From NCBI RefSeq assembly GCF_006345805.1, contig NW_021835815.1, forward strand, positions 1-48,997: a stretch of 48,997 nt of DNA, read 5' to 3'. The position numbers and the translations under genes are program-made. The stretch comes from Octopus sinensis (Eukaryota). This document shows positions 24,759 to 38,119 of the stretch, piece after piece. Numbering within the stretch: position 1 is the first letter of the stretch; the number at the start of each line of letters is the position of its first letter. The notes beneath the pieces were generated by a model. The model made no database searches and was not told where the DNA came from. It saw nothing but the letters and a program-made list of their open reading frames with translations.

Positions 24759-25088
24759 GAATGATTATGCAGCGACAGGGGGCGGAGGTGGAGTAGTCTG
24801 AGGTCAAAACGGACTGGACGAGGTTATATGTAGAAAAGGGGAGAAAGAGGGAGAGAAAAAGAGAGAGAGAGATTAAGTGAAAGCAAGAGAGAGAGAGAGA
24901 GAGAAAGAGGAAGACGAAAAGGATGAGGGCGATTGGTGGTGCGCGGTGATAAAGATGAAGTGGTGGCGATGATGGAGTATACACAATGAAGGGAAACACC
25001 GAAAGCTAGAGAGAAAGAGAGTGAGAGAGAGAGAGAGAAATAAAGGCTAGAGTAGTGCTGATGTTAAAGATGATGATGATGACAATTG

Positions 25089-25119
<31 letters not shown>

Positions 25120-25485
25120 TATATATACACACACACATATATATATACATATATATATATTCTTTCTTTTTAATATTGTATTCTTGTACCTGTTTCAGTC
25201 AGTTTGACTGCGGCCATGCTGGAGCACCGCCCTTAGTCGAGCATATAAATAGACATATGGCCGCAGGAGTGGTAGTGTGTTAAATACTTTGTTTCCAGAC
25301 CCCATGGACCCGGGTTCAGTCCCACTGTCTGGCGTTAATCAATTATATTAATTTCTACCCTTATTATGTATTACAATTATTTATCACGGTCCGGCGAAAG
25401 AGACTGATGGAATATAAGCACCGGGTTTTAAAAAATTACACATCAGTATGTTTGTGCGCGCACGTAAACACACACACACACACAT

Positions 25486-25527
<42 letters not shown>

Positions 25528-25670
25528 GCACATACAAACACACATGCACACATTCATATACATGTAAATATATTGTATGCGTATATAAGTATATATATGT
25601 ATATATATGTATATATGTTTGTGTGTGAGAGTATATGTATATATATAGATATATATGTGTGTGTGTGAGA

Positions 25671-25717
<47 letters not shown>

Positions 25718-25967
25718 ATATATAATATATATATACAATATACATATATATAGCCGTACATTGTGTTAATGTTCATTTTTATGTTCATTTATAATAAAAG
25801 CAGTTTTACACTAAATCTGACGGTTCATTCTATATTTTTGTGGAGAACAAATTTATTATGCTTAAACAAGAATATTATTACCAGTGACTTCGCCGTTTCG
25901 GCCAGTTAAACCGTATGTGTGTGTGTGTATCCTTCCGTGGTGTGTCTATATATAATACATATAAAAT

Positions 25968-26215
25968 AAATGCGTCCTTTTTAAAGCCTAGCCAGGCTCA
26001 TGGGCCCAGTTTCCCGGTTTCTATGGCGTATGTGTTCCCCAGCTGGACGGGACGCCAGTCCATCCTAGCGTTACTCATTTTTGCCAGCTGAGTGGACAGG
26101 AGCAACGTGAAATGATGTGTTTTGCTCAAGAACACAACGCGTCGCCCGGTCCAGGAATCGAAACCACAATCCTACGATCACAGTGCTGACACCCTAACCA
26201 CTTAGCCACGCGCCT
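25968..26215 (-). mobile_element. SINE family C (tRNA head plus CORE-like domain), tail type 2
   Basis: Minus strand GGCGCGTGGCTAAGTGGTTAGGG...GGTTTCGATTCC...GTTGTGTTCTTGAGCAAAACAC...GATGGACTGGCGTCCCGTCCAG. Confidence 0.8.
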
Positions 26216-26238
26216 GCACACACACACACACACACACA

Positions 26239-26289
<51 letters not shown>

Positions 26290-26373
26290 TTATATACAAT
26301 ATATCTATAAATTTCCTCTATTTACATAATATTGAGGTCTCTTTCTTTCTTTTGTTATCTTACCGTTTTAATA

Positions 26374-26412
<39 letters not shown>

Positions 26413-26624
26413 TAAATTAGAGATAAACCACTATTAGGCAAATCATACAATGAAAAACTTAAGCCAATACATAAGATTTATATTATTTTAAATATATATC
26501 AAAATTATTAAAAAAAGATAATTAGTATAACACTACGATCGTTTCATGGCTGTCCAAATGTGTTGATTTATTCGACTAAAATCTTTCAATTGGAAGAAGC
26601 GCTTGCTTTTAGTTAGTTAGAAAT

Positions 26625-26980
26625 CAGAAATAGTACAGAGAGATGAGGGAGAAAATACGGAGGCTATCAAGTAATAAAGAAACAAGGAACAACATATAGG
26701 TACACTGCAACACAATTTCTTTTCCTCCAGTGGCCCTGCCCTCTTTAACATTGTTCCAAAACTGATCAAAGAGGAAAAGGATCCCATCACCTTTAAACGA
26801 AGTCTGGACAAATTTCTTCAAGGAATACCAGATAAGCCACACATACTTGGATACAACTCACTCAACAAGAACTCACTACTCGAATGGACCATGATACCAC
26901 AAACCTTGACTTAAAAGGATTTTGATAATCCTATTATATTAGACATGGCCTGGACCAATCTTTGGTCGAAACATAAGTTT
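26625..26980 (+). mobile_element. 3' end of a CR1/L2-group LINE (subfamily 1)
   Basis: Translates as HNFFSSSGPALFNIVPKLIKEEKDPITFKRSLDKFLQGIPDKP...NSLLEW, an ORF2 C-terminal pattern; terminal hairpin GACCA-atctt-TGGTC. Confidence 0.72.
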
Positions 26981-27305
26981 TATCTAAGATGCATAGGACA
27001 AGATACTGTGATAGCCTGAGCTTCCGAGGCCCACAGCTCTTCAATATCCTCCCGAAGAACCTGAGGGACCTGCATGGTGTAGATGCGGATGTCTTTAAAG
27101 TAGGACTGGATCTCTTCCTGTCAGGTATCCCAGATGAACCAACTTCACGGCAGGAGGTGCAGATGAGGGCAGCTGCATCGAACTCTCTCATGCACCAAAT
27201 GGCAGTTGCTAAAAAGCATTCGTGAAGTAAAACCATGTAGCAACACCAAATGGCGGTGCCCCAGCATGGCCACAGCTCGTGAGCTGAAACTAGAATCAAT
27301 CAATC
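26981..27305 (+). mobile_element. 3' end of a CR1/L2-group LINE (subfamily 2) with (AATC)n tail
   Basis: ORF 26989..27225 SLSFRGPQLFNILPKNLRDL...FKVGLDLFLSGIPDEP...NSL, paralogous to the upstream fragment. 3' end GGCGGTGCCCCAGCATGGCCACAGCTCGTGAGCTGAAAC. Confidence 0.75.
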
Positions 27306-27535
27306 ATACATACATCTATGCATATACCTGTACTCACACAGATACAGAACATATATGCATGTGTGTGCATGCGTGTCTGTGTGTGAGCGTATGTGTCTCT
27401 GTGTGTCTCGGTGTGTGAGAGAATATGGGCATACACACCCATACTTCAAGGGGCAAACTCGGATTCTAACCTATATACATTATATACACGCATTTTTTCT
27501 CTCTCCTTCTTTCTCTCCTTGTTTTTTTCTGTGTA

Positions 27536-27573
27536 TCTTTCTGTCGAAGAGCGTAGGCTCGAAACGTAAAAGA
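27536..27573 (+). ncRNA. Variant minimal type-I hammerhead-ribozyme-like motif
   Basis: TCTTT-CTGTCGA-A-GAGC-gtag-GCTC-GAAAC-GTA-AAAGA gives helix I, a core variant, helix II and a zero-loop palindromic helix III. Confidence 0.5.
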
Positions 27574-27660
27574 CTTTTTCTATTCCTGAGCGCTTATACT
27601 AATACATTTGCTCGTTTGTACTCCACCTGCCTTCGCTTTTGTTTATTTTCGTAACTTTCC

Positions 27661-27713
<53 letters not shown>

Positions 27714-27738
27714 TATATATATATATATAATATATATA

Positions 27739-28080
27739 TGCGTAGGAGTGGCTGTGGTCAGAAGCTTACTACCCGACCACATGGTTCCGCTTTACTTTGG
27801 CCGAGTATCTTCTACTATAGCCTTGGATCGACCAAAGCCTTGTGAGTGGATTTAGTAGAAGGAAACTGAAAGAAGCCCGTCGTATATATATATATATATA
27901 TATATACTTACATATTTATATATATATGTGTATATGTACGCATGCATTTGTGTATGTGTGTTTGTCTCCCTACCATCGCTTGACGACCAGTGTTGATGTG
28001 TTTATGTCCCAGTAACTCAGCGGTTCGGTAAAAGAGACCGATAGAATAAGTACTGGGCTTACAAAGAATAAATCCTGGTC

Positions 28081-28140
<60 letters not shown>

Positions 28141-28345
28141 CAGAGAGGGAGAGAGAGAGAGATAAAGGGAGAGAGAGACCTAGGCATTGTTATGTGGTAA
28201 GAAGGTTACTTCCCAATCACATGGTTCTGCGTTCAGTCCCACTGAGTGGCATCTTGGGCAACTGTTTTCTACTAGAGCCTCGGGTTGATCAAAACCTTGC
28301 GAGTCGATTTAGTAGACGGAAACTGAAAGAAGCCCATCGTGTATA
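27739..28345 (+). mobile_element. Two SINE family B copies (second is 5' half only)
   Basis: Family motifs at 27739-28080 and 28181-28345. Confidence 0.8.
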
Positions 28346-28386
28346 AGTGTGTGTGCGTGTATGCATGTATATACATATAGAAAGTG

Positions 28387-28567
<181 letters not shown>

Positions 28568-29606
28568 ACGAGGTGTATATAAGGATGGATTTGTAATATG
28601 TAAGAGACAGGTGGTATACGATAAGGTTCCATTGATATACATTAATTATATAGACATATCTATGTACATAAAATGATATGTGCATGTATGAATGTATTTT
28701 GTTTGGGTGTGTGTGTGTGTATATATGCATATATGTGGGTGTGTGTGTGTGCGTGTGTGTACGCGTGCATGTGTGTGTGTTGTAGGGGCGTTGTTATCGT
28801 ACTTAATAGTCTCTCTATGTAATCATAATCGTTGAAAAACACAAATGTCATTAGTTTATGAAGCGATATGTACTCAGAGAAACACACGTACACATCCATA
28901 CACGCACTATTACATACACACGCACACATATGGTGGATGGTTAGTATGTATACATATACACACACATATACACATATATATATATTTTATGCAAATCTCA
29001 ACAAGTCTATCAGTATATCTATCTTCATGTATATATGTGTGTGTGCGTGCAGGTGTGTGTATGTGTATATATATAGTTATATATACACATATGTACATAT
29101 ACACAAGCGTATGTAAGTGCATAGACGTACATACAAACAAACATATATGTTGAGACATATCTATAGATATACAAGTAATCTTGGATATGCATGTATATGT
29201 GTGTGTGTGTGTGTATATATGTATGTGCATATAAGTTGGTAGGTGGTATGTGTGCGGGTAAATGTATATCTGTATGCATATATCTGCCTGTATGTTTATT
29301 TGAATGCGTATATATAAATATGCATGTATATGTAATGTACACATACATACACACACATACACACACACGCATACAAATATATACACACATGTACATATGC
29401 ATGTGTATATAGTGTACACATATATATATTATTTATATATATATATATATATCTATATATATACTGAACATATATACATACATATTATATAATATATATA
29501 TACGCATGTACATATGCATGTGTATATAGTGTACACATATATATATCATATATATATGTATATATACATATATATATGACATATATAACATTATATATAT
29601 ATATAG

Positions 29607-29637
<31 letters not shown>

Positions 29638-30104
29638 TATATATATGCAGACATATATATGTATCTATATATATAATATATATATATATTATATATATAT
29701 ACAGAACATATATATATACACATGCGCGTGTTAATATATATCATATATTATATGTGTGTGTGTGTGTGTGTGTGTGTGATCAATTACTTAATTGCAAAGG
29801 AACACCCACCCAAGCGCAATCAATACAATAAAAACTCTCCAGTATGGCGCATGTTTAGCTGATAAGTTACATTGTTCGCAATTGGATAATCGATATATTG
29901 ATTAAAGCAATCATTTAACCCATGTCTAATTGAGCTCTGTTCACATCCATCACATGTCCGTCTTTGATACCAGACTCCTCGCCTCTCTTCCACCTCAGCT
30001 CTCTGTCTTCCTCCTGTTTGTTTCAAACGTACAGAACCCTCGCTTTCGTTTTTCAAGGAATTCTTTTTTTTTTTTTCTTGCTTCATCTCTCACTCTGACA
30101 CTTG

Positions 30105-30135
<31 letters not shown>

Positions 30136-30178
30136 ACTCACACAGGCACACACACATGCATATATATATATATATATA

Positions 30179-30620
30179 GGCGCAGGAGTGCCTGAGTGGT
30201 TAGTAGCTTGCTTACCAACCATATGGTTCCGGGTTCATTCCCACTACGTGGCATCTTGGGCAAGTGTCTTGTACTATAGCCTCGGGCCAACCAAAGCCTT
30301 GTGAGTGGATTTGGTCGACAGAAACTGAAAGAAGCCTGTCGTATGTATGTATGTATGTATGTATGTATGTATGTATGTATGCATGTATGTATGTATGTAT
30401 GTGTATATGTGTGTGTGTCTATGTTTGTCTCCCAACATCGCTTGACGACAGATGCTGGTGTGTTTACGTACCCGTAACCTAGCAGTTCGGCAAAAGGGAC
30501 CGATACAATAACTACTAGGCTTACAAAGAATAAGTCCTGGGGTCGATTTGCTCTACTAAAGGCATTGCTCTAGCATGACCGCAGTTAAATGACTGAAACA
30601 AGTAGAAGAGAGTATAAGAG
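30179..30620 (+). mobile_element. Full-length SINE family B with internal (TATG)n
   Basis: Colinear with 8761-9207. Confidence 0.88.
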
Positions 30621-30654
<34 letters not shown>

Positions 30655-30682
30655 TAAATACATACATACATACATACTTATA

Positions 30683-31262
30683 TGGCAGACCCTGTTCTCG
30701 CGAACCTAATAATGCAATATTTTGAATTCACCATATATGAAGTGTCACTGCAAAATTTGGATATCCATTTCATAATTATATAAGAAAGAACTGGGAAAGA
30801 TGTTTCGATCATTGTTTGATCATTTGGAATATGAAACCTTTGATAAACGTTTGGAATTTAAATCAAAGTTAAATTTGTATAAACCCTAAGATTCAGTTTA
30901 CAATAGAATATAGCAAAGAACAGATCCCTTTCTTAGATATTTTTCATTATAAAAAGGTCAACAAGCAAATTGTAACTGACATTTATCATAAACGAACGAA
31001 CTCGAAGCAATATCCTCTGCTTAGCGCGTTCCACACGAAATACATCAAAAGAAATATTCCCTTTAATTTAGCGAAAAGGATTTGTACGATTGTGTCAGAT
31101 GGAAATACTCGGGACCTCCCTCTTCAAGATCTCAGAACAACATTATCTGAGAAATACTATTCACTCAGCTTTGTAGACTATGGAATTAAACGTGCCAAAA
31201 TAGGCATTAAAACACCAAGGGAAACAAAAATGATACACCACACTTCATCTCAAAACACTACC

Positions 31263-31308
<46 letters not shown>

Positions 31309-31870
31309 ACGCACAACTCTAGAAACAACGAAGCAAACATCACTATTCTGCAAAATCTACCTATGTTCACTGGAGATCCAAAAATGAACAACATTCTGAA
31401 AGCAGATAAATTCATCAAATGTAAAAAGCAACCCAAATCGCTGAAAAGAATTCTGACAAATGCAAATCTTTACACAACAACCAAGAAACCAATGTGTAAA
31501 AAATATGGACGCCCAAAATGTGGAACATGCCCCAACTTACTGGAGGGCTCCGAATTCCAATTCAAACAAGGAAAGAAATTCACAATTAAGAGCAACGTCA
31601 GTTGTGCATCCGAGAAGTTAATTTATGTTATAACTTGTTCAGGTTGTGGACTCAAATATATAGGATAGACAAGTATGTCCCTACGACGGAGAACCACAGT
31701 ACATAAGGAACAAATTCGTTTCCCAAAGTATAGACAGATACCTTTGAGTGAACACAGGGAATCTCCAACCAAATTTCACAGTTTTCGCCCATCTACCAGT
31801 GCAAAGAAACAATTTCTGTGCAAAAAAAGCTATTTATCGAAAAATACAGACCATGCCAAATATGAACGCA
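30683..31870 (+). pseudogene. Penelope-like retroelement relic: RT C-terminal half plus GIY-YIG endonuclease
   Basis: Peptides LANLIMQYFE, IQFTIEYSKEQIPFLDI, TDIYHK, NIPFNLAKRICTIVSD, CGTC, and LIYVITCSGCGLKYIG*TSMSLRRRTTVHK. Multiple frameshifts and stops; (TA)n inserted at ~31266-31306. Confidence 0.9.
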
Positions 31871-32340
31871 TAACCAACTTTGGTCTCAGTATATATTTTA
31901 ATTCAGGATCACATACACAATGCTGTATGTATTTCATATCACTTCTTGAACGTGTGGATCTTTGTATGTTTGTCTATCCCACCTCCAAAATGCGCAATTA
32001 CCTCTCCTGTCCTGAATAATAACTATTACCAGTTACCTCCTTTTTGGTTTTACTACTTGTTGATTCATTCACAAACTTTCATGTAAGAACATGGACCAAA
32101 ATCTTAAGAAAATAGGGATTTACAATAATTTTACGGTAATGATTAACAAAAGTGAAACCGGTCGACAACCACAATACTCTTTCATTTAAAATATGTTAAC
32201 ACTATGTAAACTGCGTGCATTTTCCTTCTTTTATTTTACATATGTATTTTTAACATTACAATTCACCACATAGGGATTATCGAAATTCTCGTCGTCCCTG
32301 TTCTTACTACATACATGCATACAAAAACACACACACATAG

Positions 32341-32379
<39 letters not shown>

Positions 32380-32637
32380 TGTTATTGATTGATGGATAAA
32401 TTGATAGGCACACACACGCACGGACACACATATATATAAATACACATAGTATATATATATATATATATATAATATATATATATATATACATATAGATAGA
32501 GAGAGAGAGAGAGATAGGTGAAAAACAGACACATAAAGATTGAAAGAAAGAGAGAAATGCCGATCGAGTAATTGGAATCTCTCCATCAAAAAACAAAACT
32601 CGAAGCTTTCAATGGAGACAGAATATTGCCTGATGCT

Positions 32638-32672
<35 letters not shown>

Positions 32673-32714
32673 ATGTATATATATATATGTGTGTATATAT
32701 ATACACATATATAT

Positions 32715-32754
<40 letters not shown>

Positions 32755-33142
32755 TGTATACATGTACAGACAAACACATGCACACACCAATACACATATA
32801 TATGCACACAGTGTTGACATCATGCATATTTTATAAACTTTCGAGACGGTATGAAATAATAATGTCTTTTGAACATTGAATCTCGTCGCAGATCACACGA
32901 AGATATAAACATCTGCTCATAAATTTCGTGTCGAGAATTCCTTTTGGATAGAAAGCCTTCGACAATTTCTACCTCAAATATTTCTGCAACCCAATATTTA
33001 GATGCTACATATACATGGTGCACCTCAAAAGCCAATGCTCCAAAGCAGAATTATACACACATCGGCACATACAGCCACACATCCACCCCTCACACACACA
33101 CACAAACAGACATACGTACACATTGTATATGTATACACACAC

Positions 33143-33174
33143 ATAGATAGATAGATAGAGAGAGAGAGAGAGAC

Positions 33175-33205
<31 letters not shown>

Positions 33206-33246
33206 CAGACAGACATAGATAGATAGATAGATAGATAGAGAGATAA

Positions 33247-33277
<31 letters not shown>

Positions 33278-33440
33278 CATACATACATACATACATACAT
33301 ACATAGACAGACAAGCAGACAGGTAGGCAGACAGACAGATAGATAGATAGATTAATAGATAGATAGATGACAGACAGACAGACAGATAGATAGATGACAG
33401 ACAGACAGACAGACAGACAGACAGATAGATAGATAGATAT

Positions 33441-33519
<79 letters not shown>

Positions 33520-33520
33520 T

Positions 33521-33619
<99 letters not shown>

Positions 33620-33661
33620 TATAGATAGATAGATAGATAGACAGACGATAGATAGATAGAT

Positions 33662-33703
<42 letters not shown>

Positions 33704-33723
33704 GATGATATATAGATAGATAG

Positions 33724-33784
<61 letters not shown>
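33143..33784 (+). repeat. Long (GATA)/(GACA)n microsatellite
   Basis: Direct reading; explains ORFs 33005..33817 and 33090..33893. Confidence 0.97.
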
Positions 33785-33785
<1 letters not shown>

Positions 33786-34270
33786 TGTTTCTTTATTAGC
33801 CACACAGAGCTGCACACAGACGGGACAGATTACAAAGTAAAGCTTTTCTTTTTGGGGAGAGAAAGAAAAAAAGTTGGGTAGGTTTTCGATCAAGAGGGAT
33901 CGTAAAAGGGAGAGAAAAAAGAAAAAAGGAAAGAAAAAAAAGAAAAAAAGAAAGGAAAAAAACGGTCAATAGGGATCGTATATCAGAAGTGTCATGATGT
34001 AAAGTGTAAAAGGGGAAGCAGATGAGGTTTATCCATGGGAAGAAAAGCCTACGGAAAAGACCACGGTAACCTCGGTCAATAATGTTACATGTTACCACAT
34101 TTGTTTGCAAATAGGTAACCCTCTGTTTTAAATTTTCCGGGTTCATAGGATTATGCTCAAGGTGGCTTCGTCATTCATACGTGCCATCCTTGCTACATTC
34201 ACCCATCTTTTTTTTTAAACATTCGCTAGACAAAACTTGCCTCTCTACTATCACTTTCCTTTTCAAGTGA
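33785..34270 (-). mobile_element. 5'-truncated L1/Tx1-like LINE 3' end
   Basis: Minus strand HLKRKVIVERQVLSSECLKKRWVNVARMARM...* (one A-run frameshift), resembling L1/Tx1 ORF2 C-termini. A pyrimidine-rich UTR follows, ending GTGTGGCTAATAAAGAAAC into (ATCT)n. Clade assignment is by pattern recall. Confidence 0.55.
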
Positions 34271-34429
34271 TACTTTGTGTGTAGCCCCTTGTGGGTAATA
34301 AAGAAATAAGAAAAATACTATAGTACATTCCTGTTGAAAAAATGCCAATTCAATCACATCAAAGGTTGAATATGACATCCACCAATTGCGTCATCAACGA
34401 AAGTACTAGAATCATTAATGAAACTAACC

Positions 34430-35320
34430 AAGCACCACCACCAACACAACAACAACAATAACAGCAATAACAACCATCGGCTCTACGATCACAACAACTG
34501 TCATGGACAACCAATAATCATCAATTACGTTCATCAGATCCACCATTGAAATCACCATATCGCCATCAAGGCGTTGTTGCGGTTGGCATGGTGGTAGTGG
34601 TAGTGTTTGGAGTAATGGTAGTGGTGGCAACTGTGGCTGTGGTTGTGGTGATAGTCGTTGTGGTTGTGGTGGTGATATAATTCTCAGTAACTCCAGTAAT
34701 ATGCGACTTTAATCCCCCTCTTCTCTGTCATATACATCTACCACTACCACCGCCACTACCTCTACCACAGCCATCACCACCATCACCACCATTTCCAAAA
34801 CCATTGCCACCAATAATACCAACAACAGCAGCAACACCAATGACAACAACACCAACGACAACAACACCAATACCACTACCACCATCACCCAAAACCACTG
34901 CCGCCACCAACACCACCACCACCATCACCAAAACCACTGCCACCACTAACACCAACAAAGACAACAACACCACCAACAGCACCCCCAACACCACCACCAT
35001 CACCAAAACCCCTGCCGCCACCACCACCACCACGTGTATCACTTCCACAAGCACCATCACAACTACTGCTACTACCACCACCACTACAACCACTATCACT
35101 ACCACAACCATCATGATCACCACCAGCACCAAGAACACGACTACCACCACCACAACCACTACACTTAACCGTCCTTCACCGCCATATCGCTGCCAAGCAA
35201 TTACCAACACTGTATCAGAACACCACTACCATACCACCGCCCACACTGTCACCGTAGTATGGTGACACTATCTCCACCAACACCTCCAACACCAACACCA
35301 ACACCTTCCACGCCAACACC
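34430..35320 (+). repeat. Degenerate (CAC/CAA/ACT) trinucleotide low-complexity tract
   Basis: Direct reading; gives poly-Thr/poly-Val pseudo-ORFs. Confidence 0.85.
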
Positions 35321-35473
35321 GTTCATAGAATCACACGCGTAATGTTGAGATCGTGTGACTTGATAACCTTGTCAGAGATTAGATATCACCGTTCAATGAG
35401 AGAAAGAGGAAGAGAGAGAGAGAGAGAGAGTGTGTGTGCTTTATGGACAGAAAGATAACTAGGGAATATATAT

Positions 35474-35506
<33 letters not shown>

Positions 35507-35608
35507 ATATATGTATATGTATGTATGTATGTATGTATGTATATATACATATATATATATGTTTTATATATATATATATGTATATATACATACATATATA
35601 ATATAGTA

Positions 35609-35653
<45 letters not shown>

Positions 35654-36261
35654 TATGTACATATATAATACTGTATATATAAATTACATAGCGAAAGAGA
35701 GAGAGGGGAGGGAGAAGAGACAGAGGGGGAGGGAGAGGAGACAGAGATACGGAGAAAGAGAGATAGATAGACAAACAGACTGACAGAGGCAGACAGGCAG
35801 GGAGAGAGACGGAGAAAGAATAGCAAGAAGAAGTCGAGGAGACAAGGATGAGATCGAAAGGTCGGTTTTATTTATAAAACGGGTGGCGGTGGTGGGTGAG
35901 AAAGTAATAGAGATTAGAGAACCGGTTTAATGACAAAACGAATGAGAGAGAGAGAAAAGAGAGAAAGGAAGGGGGAGGAATTATATTACGCCGACGATGA
36001 GGGGAGGTGAGAGTGAGGTGGTTATGGAGAAATCGAGATTAAGCTCGTGGATGGATGTAGCGAAAATGTAGAAATAGACTTCGAGTAAGGTTATGGTAAG
36101 TATCAACGCTGTGTAAGTAGGGAGGGTTAAACCATGTTACCGAGTCATTTATTTGCGTTAGTCGTGCGAATAGCCTTGACAAAATGGATGTAACATCGCA
36201 GGTTCTAATGAGACGGGAATTAGCAGGAGAGAACTGTTAGTACCGTTACCCTTCCACGCCT

Positions 36262-36267
36262 AACTGT

Positions 36268-36310
<43 letters not shown>

Positions 36311-37055
36311 GCTGCTGCTGCTACTGCTACTACCACTGCTACTACCACTGCTATTGATGCTGCTCCTACTACAGCTGCTACTACAACTGTTACTACTACT
36401 GCTGGTGCTGCTGTAGATACTACAATTACTACTGCTGCTACTGCTACTACTATTACTACTACTACTACTACTGCTGCTGCTACTACTGCTACTACTGTTA
36501 TTACTACTACTTATGCTACTACTACTACTACTACTACTACTAATACTGCTGTCGATGTTACCATCCCGACCGCAACCAGTATAACCACTGGCTACGATTG
36601 CCATCACCACAACTACTGCTGTAGCCATAAACGCCATCAGTACCACTAGTTACCACTGCCAATTCACAGTCCATAACAAACCAAAACACTAGCACAACCA
36701 TTAGAACCATCACAAACACTACAGCCACCACCACTACAACCACCATTACCACTATTACCACCATTACCACTATAACCTCAATTACCATGCCACCACCACC
36801 GCCACCACCACCACCACCATCATCATCATTACCCTTACTACCACTACCACCATCAAGACCTCCGCCATCAACACCACTACCATTAACACCACCACCATCA
36901 CTATCACTGCCACCATCGACAACTTTATCTCCATGACTACCAGTACACAACTATCACCAGCTCCAACACTACCACCACCACTACTACTACTACTACCACC
37001 ACCACCACCACAACCAAACCTACCACTTACACTATCACCATCGCAACCACCATCA
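36262..37055 (+). repeat. Degenerate (CTA/CTG/CCA) trinucleotide tract
   Basis: Direct reading. Confidence 0.88.
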
Positions 37056-37794
37056 GCTGATGGTCTATAATATTTGCTAAAAGAAACTAATAACGAGTAG
37101 TGTTTAGTAGGAGGTAGGGGACATCATGTTCGGGTATTTACGCCCTCATAACTTAGCGGTTCGGCCAAAAGCGATTAATAGAAAACAAATATTCGGTTCC
37201 AATTCATTCAATAAAAAAAATGTAAGACATGGCCGCAGCCTATTGACAGAAACAAGTAAAAGGTATAAAAAAAAAAAAGAAAATAAAAGAATATTGAGAA
37301 GAGGGGCCTGGCCGAAAGGTCAGGATGGTTGCTACGTAATCACGAGGTCTTGGGTTCGAGGCGTTGTTCCAGGATATTAGCATGTGATTTATTGCGGCCT
37401 TGGCTGATATATCTAGCAGATGGAGCGACAACACTGAATCTCCATCGGTGGGCCATAATGGGTTTCGTCGGTCTTGTCGCTGATGATCATGGCTGTATAT
37501 TTTCTTAACAGCTTGGCGCATCTAAAAACGCCATTTAACGAATTCAATGTGAGAATTAATACGCGATCAACTTAGACACGACACATTGCGAAGCTTAATA
37601 AACGAAGATTGAGGATTAAGAAGGATTAGAGTTTGACGCCAGCGAATATGATTGTAAAATCACATAGGATATGGATAATTATTCATATCTGTCACAAAAG
37701 CACGCACACACACACACACACCCACACACACACACACACAACCGTCTTTAAAAAAGACAGATTGCATATATGCATATATGTATATATATATAAA

Positions 37795-37849
<55 letters not shown>

Positions 37850-38049
37850 ATACGCACAGACATGTACATACATAAAAACATATACATACATAAATAGATG
37901 TGCATATTTTTTTATCATACAAGCATATACTCATATGAATACATAGACATATAGACACCCATATAACTATATCTATCTCTCCCTCTCTTCCCTTTCTATC
38001 TTTCTCTCTGTCTCTCTCTGTTTCTCTCTGTCCTCTCTGTCTCTCTCTG

Positions 38050-38110
<61 letters not shown>

Positions 38111-38119
<9 letters not shown>

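Noticed and set aside
34728-35265. Mucin-like Thr-rich ORF 34804..35265
   Set aside because: It lies in a degenerate trinucleotide tract open on both strands, with no signal peptide, domain or clear splice context.
36260-36950. Poly-Ser/Gly ORFs
   Set aside because: They are trinucleotide-repeat artefacts.
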